Source: Fidelibacterota bacterium (GTDB lineage: Bacteria > Fidelibacterota > UBA2242). From it: a stretch of 23,477 nucleotides of DNA. Position numbers and translations under genes: made by a program. The notes beneath the pieces are model-generated. The model was not told where the DNA came from, did not search any database, and saw nothing but the letters and a program-made list of their open reading frames with translations. Positions 8,989-17,030 of this stretch are shown piece after piece. The DNA lies in the NCBI GenBank assembly GCA_049975265.1, contig JBNGDF010000002.1, positions 85,628 through 109,104 on the forward strand. Direction: 5' to 3'. How positions within the stretch are numbered: position 1 is the stretch's first letter; every line of letters begins with the position of its first letter.

Positions 8989-9017
8989 TTGCAATTTACA
9001 ATTAATTGTTTTATAAT
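8989..9017 (+). promoter_or_regulatory. sigma70 promoter of the KamA-family gene, with a palindrome in the spacer
   Basis: TTGCAA (8989-8994)-N17-TATAAT (9012-9017); perfect palindrome acaattaattgt at 8998-9009; RBS aaggagg before ATG 9050. Confidence 0.7.
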
Positions 9018-9049
9018 AATATAGTAAATAAAAGCAAAAGGAGGTACAA

Positions 9050-10984
9050 ATGGAATCAACAACCAAAAAGAAGCGATATTCAATAAAAAGGGTACCTCGA
9101 CTAAAATGGCTAAGCACCATTTTACTGGATGATGTTTTTACGGATGAAGTCAATCTTTTTAAGCCACATTTCGAGGTGAATTACGAAGCCTATGTCCAGC
9201 GGTTGTGGGATTCAAACCCGGATATCTATCAGCTGCTAAAGTCTGCCGATGCACTGGAAACTGCCCGGGATGCCCTCTATAGCTATCTTGACAAATCGGA
9301 ACGTAAGATATTTGAAATCGGGAATGATCTGCATATTCTCGAAAAAGCCACCATGCGGGAATGCATTCGGGTATTCCGTAGCATCATCGGACCTGTCAAT
9401 GAACACCGGACCGGTTTTTCCGCTCTGGATACACTCTGGAAACTGGCACAGGACCGTCAAGCCGAACTGAAAGAAAAAATTTCGGTTGGTTTCCTGCTGG
9501 AATTCATCGCTCTCTTCCGGGGAGTAATTGGAAAATCCAATATATATCGCGAAGATATTCAGGAGAAAAAAGGCATCCCGGACTTTCTTAAAAAGAAGGG
9601 GCGGGAGGCGGCTCTGGCCCGGGTGGAGATCCTGGATGAGATGGGTTCCAGCGTCAATAAATATCTGAAGAAATACCCCTCCGGTCTTGACGATGAGGTC
9701 ATTGGCTGGCGCGCCGAAAACCGCGCCCGAATTCTGCGCTATTTTAATGCAAAACCGGAGGATTGGAACAATTACAAATGGCATCTCCAGCATGTTATTA
9801 AGGACAGCCAGCCGCTGAGGGATTTGATTGAAATTTCCAATGAGCAGATCGAAGCCATTGAAAAAGCGGTCAAAAATAAAATCGCTTTCGGCATCACCCC
9901 ATACTATCTGAGTCTGATGGACAGCAAGCTCTCCATCGGCTACGATCATGCCGTCCGGGCGCAGGTCATTCCGCCAAAAGAGTACGTAGATATCATGGCG
10001 GAACACCGTGGCGACCGGGGCACGGCGTTTGATTTTATGGGTGAACATGACACCTCCCCTATCGATCTGATCACCCGCCGCTATCCGATTATCGCCATTC
10101 TGAAACCATTTAATACCTGCTCGCAGATCTGCGTCTATTGCCAGCGCAATTGGGAAATCGAGCGGGTCCTCGAACCGAAAGCAATGGCATCCAAAAAAGA
10201 CCTGGAGGCGGCGCTGAGCTGGTTCGACGAACATAAGAGCATTGGCGATGTTCTGATCACCGGCGGCGACCCGGCGATAATGTCGGATGCCAAGTTCGAC
10301 AGCATTCTGGAGATTCTCTCTAAAAAGAAACACATCTACCGGATCAGAATCGGAACCCGCACACCCGTCGTACTGCCCATGCGCTTTACGGATGCCTATC
10401 TGAAAATTCTGGAAAAATACCATAATCCGCCCCAATTGGAGATCGCTGTGGTTACTCATTTCGAACACTCCTACGAGGTCACACCGGAATCCTTCAAAGC
10501 AGTTCAGAATATCCGCAAACTGGGGATCAGCTGCTACAATCAAGAGGTTTTCACCGTCGAAAACTCCCGCCGTTTCGAAACCACAAAATTGCGCCGGGAC
10601 CTCAAAGCCATCGGCGTCGACCCCTATTACACCTTTAACATGAAAGGCAAAGAGGAGACCAAACGCTATATGGTACCGATTGCCCGAATACTGCAGGAGC
10701 GCAAAGAGGAAGCCCGGCTCCTGCCGGGTCTCGACCGCACCGATGAACCGGTATTCAATGTCCCGAAGCTCGGCAAGAATCACCTGCGCTCCTGGCAGGA
10801 TCACCGCCTGGTAATGATTTTACCGGACGGCTCCCGGGTCTATGAATTCCATCCCTGGGAAAAAAATATCAAGGCGATTCCACCCTATAATTATGTCGAC
10901 GTTCCGATCTATGATTACCTGGAAGAACTGGCTGCCCGGGGTGAAAATATCCGCGATTACCGCACGATCTGGTACTATTATTAA
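9050..10984 (+). CDS. Long-form KamA-family radical SAM/PLP 2,3-aminomutase (glutamate 2,3-aminomutase-like active site)
   Basis: W..YKWHLQHVI, ITPYYLSL, ITRRYP, CSQICVYCQR (C357/C361/C364), ITGGDP, RIGTRTPVVLPMR, THFEH, NQEV, PYY and LGK (candidate PLP Lys576). About 220 aa of extra N-terminal sequence. Confidence 0.88.
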   Translation: MESTTKKKRYSIKRVPRLKWLSTILLDDVFTDEVNLFKPHFEVNYEAYVQRLWDSNPDIYQLLKSADALETARDALYSYLDKSERKIFEIGNDLHILEKATMRECIRVFRSIIGPVNEHRTGFSALDTLWKLAQDRQAELKEKISVGFLLEFIALFRGVIGKSNIYREDIQEKKGIPDFLKKKGREAALARVEILDEMGSSVNKYLKKYPSGLDDEVIGWRAENRARILRYFNAKPEDWNNYKWHLQHVIKDSQPLRDLIEISNEQIEAIEKAVKNKIAFGITPYYLSLMDSKLSIGYDHAVRAQVIPPKEYVDIMAEHRGDRGTAFDFMGEHDTSPIDLITRRYPIIAILKPFNTCSQICVYCQRNWEIERVLEPKAMASKKDLEAALSWFDEHKSIGDVLITGGDPAIMSDAKFDSILEILSKKKHIYRIRIGTRTPVVLPMRFTDAYLKILEKYHNPPQLEIAVVTHFEHSYEVTPESFKAVQNIRKLGISCYNQEVFTVENSRRFETTKLRRDLKAIGVDPYYTFNMKGKEETKRYMVPIARILQERKEEARLLPGLDRTDEPVFNVPKLGKNHLRSWQDHRLVMILPDGSRVYEFHPWEKNIKAIPPYNYVDVPIYDYLEELAARGENIRDYRTIWYYY

Positions 10985-11032
10985 AAAAAAACCAGTAACT
11001 GCCAAATTACAGTAACTATTATTTATGCTGGC

Positions 11033-11064
11033 GCAAATTAAAAATAATATCCATATCTGGAAAT
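11033..11064 (+). repeat. Left copy of an imperfect direct repeat flanking the AAA_14/DUF4143 gene
   Basis: gcaaattaaaaataatatccatatctggaaat aligns with 12368-12396 at 25 of 32 columns (3 gap positions). Confidence 0.5.
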
Positions 11065-11089
11065 ATAGGTTTCAATTTCCCTGGAAACC

Positions 11090-12361
11090 TTGTATATTAT
11101 TCAAGCCGTGAATGATATACATTCAAGTACTGCCCAAAAATATAAACCGCGCCGGTTGGCGAATTTGATGCGGAGTGGTATTACAGACCACCCGGTCATT
11201 GTTCTGAGTGGCGCCCGGCAGGTCGGAAAAAGCACCCTCCTCCTTAACGAATCCCCTTTCAAAAAGTGGCGTTATATTACTCTGGATGATTTTGATAAAC
11301 TATATCAGGTAAAAAATGATCCGGAGTCTTTATTGATTGGCACCGACGCCGTCATCCTGGATGAGGTTCAAAAAGCGCCCAACCTTCTGAATGTGGTCAA
11401 GATGGTCGTTGATGACCCTTATAACCGTTGTAAATTTATCCTATCCGGTTCAGCCAACCTGCTATTGATGCAAAAAGTCAGTGAGAGTCTGGCAGGTAGA
11501 GCCGTTTACTACCGTCTGTTCCCTATGACAAGCGGCGAGATAGAAGAGTACCCGCAAAATTCTGTTTTATCGAATTTATTAAACGGCAAAGTAGAAGATA
11601 TTAAAAAAATAAAAATCGGACGAAGTGCCATTTTTCCCAATCTATGGAAAGGATTTATGCCAGCTCTAATATCCTATTCAAAGCAGGAATCGGTACTCAG
11701 ATGGTGGGAAGGTTACATACGCAGCTATTTAGAACGCGACCTCAGCCAGCTGTCACAAGTAGAATCGCTGCCTGATTTTCGGCGCCTAATGTCCGCCTTG
11801 GCACTCCGCTGTGGTCAATTACTGAATCAATCGGAAGTTTCCCGGGACACAGGAATCAGTCAGCCAACCGTCCACCGTTACATCAATTTACTCGAATCAA
11901 CATCCATGCTAGATCGGCTGCCTGCTTATAGTGTCAATCGGACAAAGCGTTTGATAAAATCACCAAAAATAATCTGGAACGATCCAGGTCTGGTAAGTTT
12001 TCTGACCGGACATTTTACAGCCGATTCTTTATGTTCATCACGTGAATTAGGAGGCATATTTGAATCAATGGTTTATCTTCACCTGAGTGCACTTGCGCAG
12101 CTTATCGTACCTGCACCGCATCTCTACTATTGGCGAACGAGTACAGGTAAAGAGGTGGATTTTATCATCGAATGGGGACAGAAACTTCTTGCCATCGAAT
12201 GCAAATATACCGGACGTCCGAAATACAGGGATATTGCAAATTTACAGCTTTTTATGGAAGAGTACCCAGAAACATCCGCAGCAGTCCTACTGCATACCGG
12301 AGATGAAGTTCAGCAATTCCATGAGAAGATAATCGCATTGCCATGGTACTATTTCAAATGA
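11090..12361 (+). CDS. ATP-binding protein, AAA_14 + winged HTH + DUF4143 (PD-(D/E)xK-like C-terminus)
   Basis: Walker A GARQVGKS, Walker B ILDEVQ, LSGSA, SESLAGR, YLERDL, HTH QSEVSRDTGISQPTVHRYINLL, KRLIKSPK...DPGL, YYWRT..EVDFII..AIECK. The true start may be GTG 11108. Confidence 0.92.
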   Translation: MYIIQAVNDIHSSTAQKYKPRRLANLMRSGITDHPVIVLSGARQVGKSTLLLNESPFKKWRYITLDDFDKLYQVKNDPESLLIGTDAVILDEVQKAPNLLNVVKMVVDDPYNRCKFILSGSANLLLMQKVSESLAGRAVYYRLFPMTSGEIEEYPQNSVLSNLLNGKVEDIKKIKIGRSAIFPNLWKGFMPALISYSKQESVLRWWEGYIRSYLERDLSQLSQVESLPDFRRLMSALALRCGQLLNQSEVSRDTGISQPTVHRYINLLESTSMLDRLPAYSVNRTKRLIKSPKIIWNDPGLVSFLTGHFTADSLCSSRELGGIFESMVYLHLSALAQLIVPAPHLYYWRTSTGKEVDFIIEWGQKLLAIECKYTGRPKYRDIANLQLFMEEYPETSAAVLLHTGDEVQQFHEKIIALPWYYFK

Positions 12362-12367
12362 AATGAT

Positions 12368-12396
12368 GCAAATTTTCCATAATACCATCTGGAAAT
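12368..12396 (+). repeat. Right copy of the imperfect direct repeat flanking the AAA_14/DUF4143 gene
   Basis: gcaaattttccataataccatctggaaat begins 7 nt after the stop codon and matches 11033-11064. Confidence 0.5.
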
Positions 12397-12509
12397 TGTA
12401 CGATGGATATGATTGGGTAAAAAAGGCTGCGTCTTTTTCAATTTTAATTGTTCAATACATAACATCGAATTTGAAATCGTGTTTACATCTCAGTATTTGG
12501 AACAATATT

Positions 12510-14045
12510 ATGAAATCGGTGAAAATTAAACCGCTGCAATTATTCATTAACCTTTTTCTGCCCTTACTCCAAATTTCCGCGCAGATCTATGTCGCGACCG
12601 ATGGCTCGGACTCGAATCCGGGCTCCTTCAGCCAACCCTTCGCCTCCATTCCAAAAGCCATATCCGTCGCAATTCCCGGCGACACCATCTACGTCAGAGG
12701 CGGAACCTATGAAATCAGCAGCACCATTTATATAAATTCATCCCAAAGTGGGACTGACAGCAGCCGCTATTATCTGGTCAATTATCCCGGCGAGAGACCG
12801 CTGCTGGATTTTTCTTCACAATCTTTTGGTAATAAAGGATTCAGCCTGCGGGCTGACTACTGGATCATCAAAGGGCTGGATATCACCGGGGCAGGAGACA
12901 ACGGTCTTCAGATTTACGGCGGTTCCTATAATATTGTGGAGAATTGCTCCTTTTTCGAAAACCGTGATTCGGGTGTCCAACTCAGCAGCGGCGCATCCTA
13001 CAACCGGATCATCAACTGCGACTCCTACTATAATGCCGACCCGACAGACTATGGCGATGCCGACGGTTTCGCCCCGAAACTGGACGTGGGATTGGACAAC
13101 TATTTCTACGGCTGTCGCGCCTGGGGCAACTGCGATGACGGCTGGGATGGGTATATGCGCGGTGCAGATGACGTGACCACGATTCTGGAAAATTGCTGGT
13201 CCTGGGGCAACGGCTATCTGAAGGACGGCAGCGATCCGGGATCGCAAGCCAACGGCAACGGCTTCAAAATGGGCGGCGGCGATGACGGCAATGCCGACCA
13301 ACTGATGCACCACCATATCTTAAAAAACTGTCTGGCATTCCACAATAAAAACAAAGGCTTCGATCAGAATAACAACGTCGGTTCCATGACCCTGATCAAC
13401 TGCACGGGATTTGGCAACCAGACCGCCAATTACCGCATTAAGCGGGAATTAAATGCGGGACAAACCCTGACAGTTACAAATTGCATCTCTTATCAGGGCG
13501 GCGTCGAACTCGGCGCCTTTGCCATTCAGGAAAGCAACAGCTGGCTGGGTGGTTTCTCCGTCACGGAAGAGGATTTTATTACTCTGAATCCTGAAATGGC
13601 ATCCGCGCCCCGGCAAGCCGACGGCAGTCTGCCGGAAATCGATTTTATGCACCTCGCAAGGGGCAGCGACCTGATTGATGCGGGCGTTGAGACAGGTCTG
13701 CCCTTCTACGGTGAAGCACCGGATCTGGGTACTTTCGAAAGCAATTACGATGAGGTATCAGTCTTCGTTGAACGGCTTCCGGAGAACTTCCGGCTGCTTC
13801 AGAATTATCCCAACCCTTTCAATGCTTCAACGACTATCCGCTATTCTGTACCAAAAACCGAAATGGTGACGATCGAAATCTACGATATCCATGGTCGATG
13901 GGTTACCCGGATGGTACACGAACTGCATCAACCGGGCACATATATGACCACATGGGATACCGGGAACTACAGCTCCGGTGCCTATCTATATCGGATTTAC
14001 GCCGGTGAATTTGTCCAGACCAGAAAAATGATCCTGGTAAAATAG
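12510..14045 (+). CDS. Polysaccharide lyase family 9 (PelL-like beta-helix; pectate/rhamnogalacturonan lyase) with a T9SS type A-like C-terminal sorting domain
   Basis: YVATDGSDSNPGS..QP, GDTIYVRGGTY, N.DSG.Q, ADGFAPKL, N.DDGWD, GNGNGFKMGG-like and GFDQNNN motifs; C-terminal LLQNYPNPFNASTTIRY...YLYRI...TRKMILVK. Start moved to ATG 12510, which yields a signal peptide. Confidence 0.9.
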   Translation: MKSVKIKPLQLFINLFLPLLQISAQIYVATDGSDSNPGSFSQPFASIPKAISVAIPGDTIYVRGGTYEISSTIYINSSQSGTDSSRYYLVNYPGERPLLDFSSQSFGNKGFSLRADYWIIKGLDITGAGDNGLQIYGGSYNIVENCSFFENRDSGVQLSSGASYNRIINCDSYYNADPTDYGDADGFAPKLDVGLDNYFYGCRAWGNCDDGWDGYMRGADDVTTILENCWSWGNGYLKDGSDPGSQANGNGFKMGGGDDGNADQLMHHHILKNCLAFHNKNKGFDQNNNVGSMTLINCTGFGNQTANYRIKRELNAGQTLTVTNCISYQGGVELGAFAIQESNSWLGGFSVTEEDFITLNPEMASAPRQADGSLPEIDFMHLARGSDLIDAGVETGLPFYGEAPDLGTFESNYDEVSVFVERLPENFRLLQNYPNPFNASTTIRYSVPKTEMVTIEIYDIHGRWVTRMVHELHQPGTYMTTWDTGNYSSGAYLYRIYAGEFVQTRKMILVK

Positions 14046-14111
14046 AAGAACGACTTCAAAATTTCGTCGTTTCTGACCTCCAGGGAGATTGCGTCCACAT
14101 CCATTTTATCA

Positions 14112-14140
14112 TTGCACAAGTAAAAATAAATACATAAAAT
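14112..14140 (+). promoter_or_regulatory. Candidate sigma70 promoter
   Basis: TTGCAC-N17-TAAAAT upstream of the 14233 gene. Confidence 0.5.
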
Positions 14141-14232
14141 AATGCTGCATTCAATTTAGAAGGGCAGAAATGTTCGCCTGTTTATTTCTATTTTTGATAA
14201 AGTGGTCGTCTTTAAACTGAAGAGAGTGTATC

Positions 14233-16011
14233 TTGCGAAAAAAACTAACCGTTTATTTCACTATCCTTCTCTTCTCCGTTATTTCGTCTGCACAGTCAGA
14301 AGCCGGGGCGATCTGGTTGTTGATCTCGCCCTCAGCTTCGATGAACGGCATGGGGGGCATCGGCGTCTGCCTGCCCGACACCGATCCAATATCAGCCTAC
14401 TTTAATCCCGCCAACGGGATGCTCGCCTACCGCGGTATTTCGGTGGCGTCATCCAATATATTCACCGACTGGTTGCAAAACCTGGCACCGGATATTGAAC
14501 TCAGCCATTCCTACCTGGGCTTCAACCTGCTGCCGGCAAAATTCCCGTTTCAGCTGGTGTTCAATAACCAAAATACTATATTTGATTTGGGGACGTCATC
14601 CGTCATCGATACCAGCGGCAATATTGTTGATAAAATAAAATCGTCAATGACATCCAACACCATTTCCCTGTCCTCCCGATATTATGGTGATTTATGGAGA
14701 ATCCCTTTGGATGTTTCTATAGGTTTTACCCGCAAGGAGATCGTACAGCGATTAGGAAAGTACAAATCTGAAAATATATTTTACGATTATGGTATGCTGG
14801 CATCGCTGCCATTTAAATTTTACCCGGATGAGGACTGGTACTTTTCTATCTCACCTGCTTTGGGATACAGCCTCTCGAATATCGGTGATTCCATTGTGGT
14901 TAAAGATGAAGAGCATGCAGACCCGACACCCCAGATAGTCAGAACCGGCGTTTCGTTATCAACCAAAATTGCTCTGGCAGATGATTGGAATCTGTTCGAA
15001 TACCGCGGCGCCCGGGCTGCCGAAGACATTTTATTCAAGTCCATAAAACCGATCCGGTATCAATCGGGATTGGGCGATATTGACTTTTTCAAAAATATTC
15101 TTTTATCAGAAAAAGACTCGGCGCTGACAATTTCCCGGGGACATGAGGTCAGTTTCCTCGACATTTACACCTTCCGGTTCGGTCGCTCGATGAACATAAG
15201 TGGAAAAACCTATGAATATTCCACAGGATACGGTATCCGGAGTACCGGAATGTTCTCCCTTCTGGCATATCTTTCGGGAATTGAGGAATTCAGCCTCATC
15301 AATCATTTCCTTGCCATTGAATACAATTACGCCAAATGGACTGAAGAAGCCGGGCATCCCCGGGACGATACCAAATTCAGCGCCTATACTTTTTCCATCA
15401 CCAACATTGATCAATTCATCCGCTGGATGATCAGTGACAAACCCTCCGCTCATGAACTGCATTTCGCGGACTTGACCCTATCAGCCGGAATAAATTTTTC
15501 GAAAATGCTGTTTTCGGATAATGAAACAAGCAAACCGGATGATCTGAGATTTGGAAACGGTGTTGATCTGGGCATTGAGAAAAAGGTTAAATTCCTGATC
15601 ATGGGACTGTCATTCACCCAATATTCTGCCCGGTATAAATTTGATGTCCCCACTGACTGGTTCTATTTAACACCAACAATAACCGAAACATACAATTATC
15701 TGACGCTTTACGGGCTGGTTCCGGTTGCGTTGATCGGACCACTCAGTGCCTTCGGTGGCGTCCAGATCGCCAATTGCCTGAGTGTCGAACTGGAAGCCGT
15801 GGACAATTCGGACTGCTTTTCATGTCGGGATGGAACCATCAATTATGGATTGCTGGGCGGCTTCGATATTGCCTTTGGACCCCGGATAGTTTTACGGACA
15901 TCTTACAATTATTGGTTAAAAAGTCGCAAAAGCCTTATTTACAACGACGGAAATTTTAAACTACACGGCGTCCGGGTCAACCTGCTTTTTAATCTGCAAA
16001 GGCATTCCTGA
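14233..16011 (+). CDS. Outer-membrane protein: PorV/PorQ(FadL)-like barrel fused to a second small (PorT/OMP_b-brl_2-like) barrel
   Basis: Signal peptide then SEAGAIWLLISPSASMNGMG...AYFNPA...WL..LAPDI, a PorV-like N-terminus. After a linker near aa 390-412 comes LSAGINFS...YNYLTL...AFGGVQIA...NYGLLGGFD...RTSYNYWL...VRVNLLFNL. Confidence 0.7.
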   Translation: MRKKLTVYFTILLFSVISSAQSEAGAIWLLISPSASMNGMGGIGVCLPDTDPISAYFNPANGMLAYRGISVASSNIFTDWLQNLAPDIELSHSYLGFNLLPAKFPFQLVFNNQNTIFDLGTSSVIDTSGNIVDKIKSSMTSNTISLSSRYYGDLWRIPLDVSIGFTRKEIVQRLGKYKSENIFYDYGMLASLPFKFYPDEDWYFSISPALGYSLSNIGDSIVVKDEEHADPTPQIVRTGVSLSTKIALADDWNLFEYRGARAAEDILFKSIKPIRYQSGLGDIDFFKNILLSEKDSALTISRGHEVSFLDIYTFRFGRSMNISGKTYEYSTGYGIRSTGMFSLLAYLSGIEEFSLINHFLAIEYNYAKWTEEAGHPRDDTKFSAYTFSITNIDQFIRWMISDKPSAHELHFADLTLSAGINFSKMLFSDNETSKPDDLRFGNGVDLGIEKKVKFLIMGLSFTQYSARYKFDVPTDWFYLTPTITETYNYLTLYGLVPVALIGPLSAFGGVQIANCLSVELEAVDNSDCFSCRDGTINYGLLGGFDIAFGPRIVLRTSYNYWLKSRKSLIYNDGNFKLHGVRVNLLFNLQRHS

Positions 16012-16088
16012 TTTTCTTGTTATAAAATATCTCAATGTTTGGGGCATCGCCAAGTAACCCGGGCAATATTTTGCCCTGAAACCTTTGC

Positions 16089-16117
16089 TTGACTCCTACT
16101 TGCTGATGTGCTAAACT
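16089..16117 (+). promoter_or_regulatory. Candidate sigma70 promoter (extended -10)
   Basis: TTGACT-N17-TAAACT with TG at the extended -10 position. It overlaps the ORF-track GTG start, which supports ATG 16156 as the real start. Confidence 0.55.
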
Positions 16118-16155
16118 ACGCCCGGTTTTATTTAATCAAGCACCGATTAGAGTTT

Positions 16156-16914
16156 ATGAAAAAACTGACAATCTCAATTCTGACTTCACTGCTGGTTCTC
16201 TCCTGCACTCCGCAGATTGCGACGGTCACCGAAACCGATCAAGCCGGAACCGACGACCCGCCCGATGCCGCCGGTTGGTATACAAAAGGCACTGCCACAA
16301 ACGATCCAGCTCGACAGATCGAATACTTCACCAAAGCCATCGAAGGAAAAAGCGACCTGACCGCCGCTTACATTGAACGGGCGGAAGCATACTTAAAAAC
16401 CGGTCGCTATGAACAGGCGATCGCGGATATCGATACTTTTGTGAAAAGCAATCCCGAAGTCGCCGAAGCCTACCGCATCCGCGGTAAAGCCTACGAAGCA
16501 ATCCGTTATCTGAACGAGGCTCTCGATGATTACACGAAGGCGCTCACGCTGAATCCACAGCCCCAAACCTACCTTGACCGTGCCAATCTGTACAAGGAGC
16601 GCCAACGTTACACAAAGGCAATTCTGGACTATACCGAAGTTCTGAAAGAGATCAAAGACAACGCCGATGTCTATATCGCCCGGGGTGTTTGCTATCAGAA
16701 ACTCAACCAGCCGAATCCGGCGATTCAGGATTACCGGAAAGCCATCGAACTCCGACCCGAAGATGCCGATCTCTATTACAATCTTGGCTCCATCTATTGG
16801 GTTCAGGGGCGCTGGCAGGAGGTCGTCGCCGCCTGGGAAAAGTGTTTGGAACTGAATCCTGACCATCCGCGAGTGAGGCAATATCTGCCCACAGCCCGAA
16901 AAAAAATACAATAA
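16156..16914 (+). CDS. Tetratricopeptide-repeat lipoprotein
   Basis: MKKLTISILTSLLVLSC lipoprotein signal; about 6 TPR units (A.Y..RG..Y......A..DY.KA..L.P). Confidence 0.9.
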   Translation: MKKLTISILTSLLVLSCTPQIATVTETDQAGTDDPPDAAGWYTKGTATNDPARQIEYFTKAIEGKSDLTAAYIERAEAYLKTGRYEQAIADIDTFVKSNPEVAEAYRIRGKAYEAIRYLNEALDDYTKALTLNPQPQTYLDRANLYKERQRYTKAILDYTEVLKEIKDNADVYIARGVCYQKLNQPNPAIQDYRKAIELRPEDADLYYNLGSIYWVQGRWQEVVAAWEKCLELNPDHPRVRQYLPTARKKIQ

Positions 16915-17030
16915 TCACCATTCCGCCCAAACTGTCAATATCCTGCATCAAATCATTCACTTCTCATAGAGATTCTTCGAATTTTCCAATAATTTGGATA
17001 TATTTTCAACTGATTTAAATTTAATGGGGT

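Noticed and set aside
9236..10804. 522-aa antisense ORF over the aminomutase
   Set aside because: It is a shadow frame of a well-supported gene, with no motifs or RBS; such frames are common opposite genes with GC-biased codons.
9050..10984. EpmB (EF-P beta-lysylation) or lysine-fermentation KamA
   Set aside because: The protein is too long, lacks the two lysine-binding Asp residues, and has no efp/epmA or kamDE/kdd neighbours.
12363..12509. 49-aa N-terminal extension of the PL9 ORF, implying coupling to the DUF4143 gene
   Set aside because: It is an AT-rich open stretch; ATG 12510 gives a proper signal peptide.
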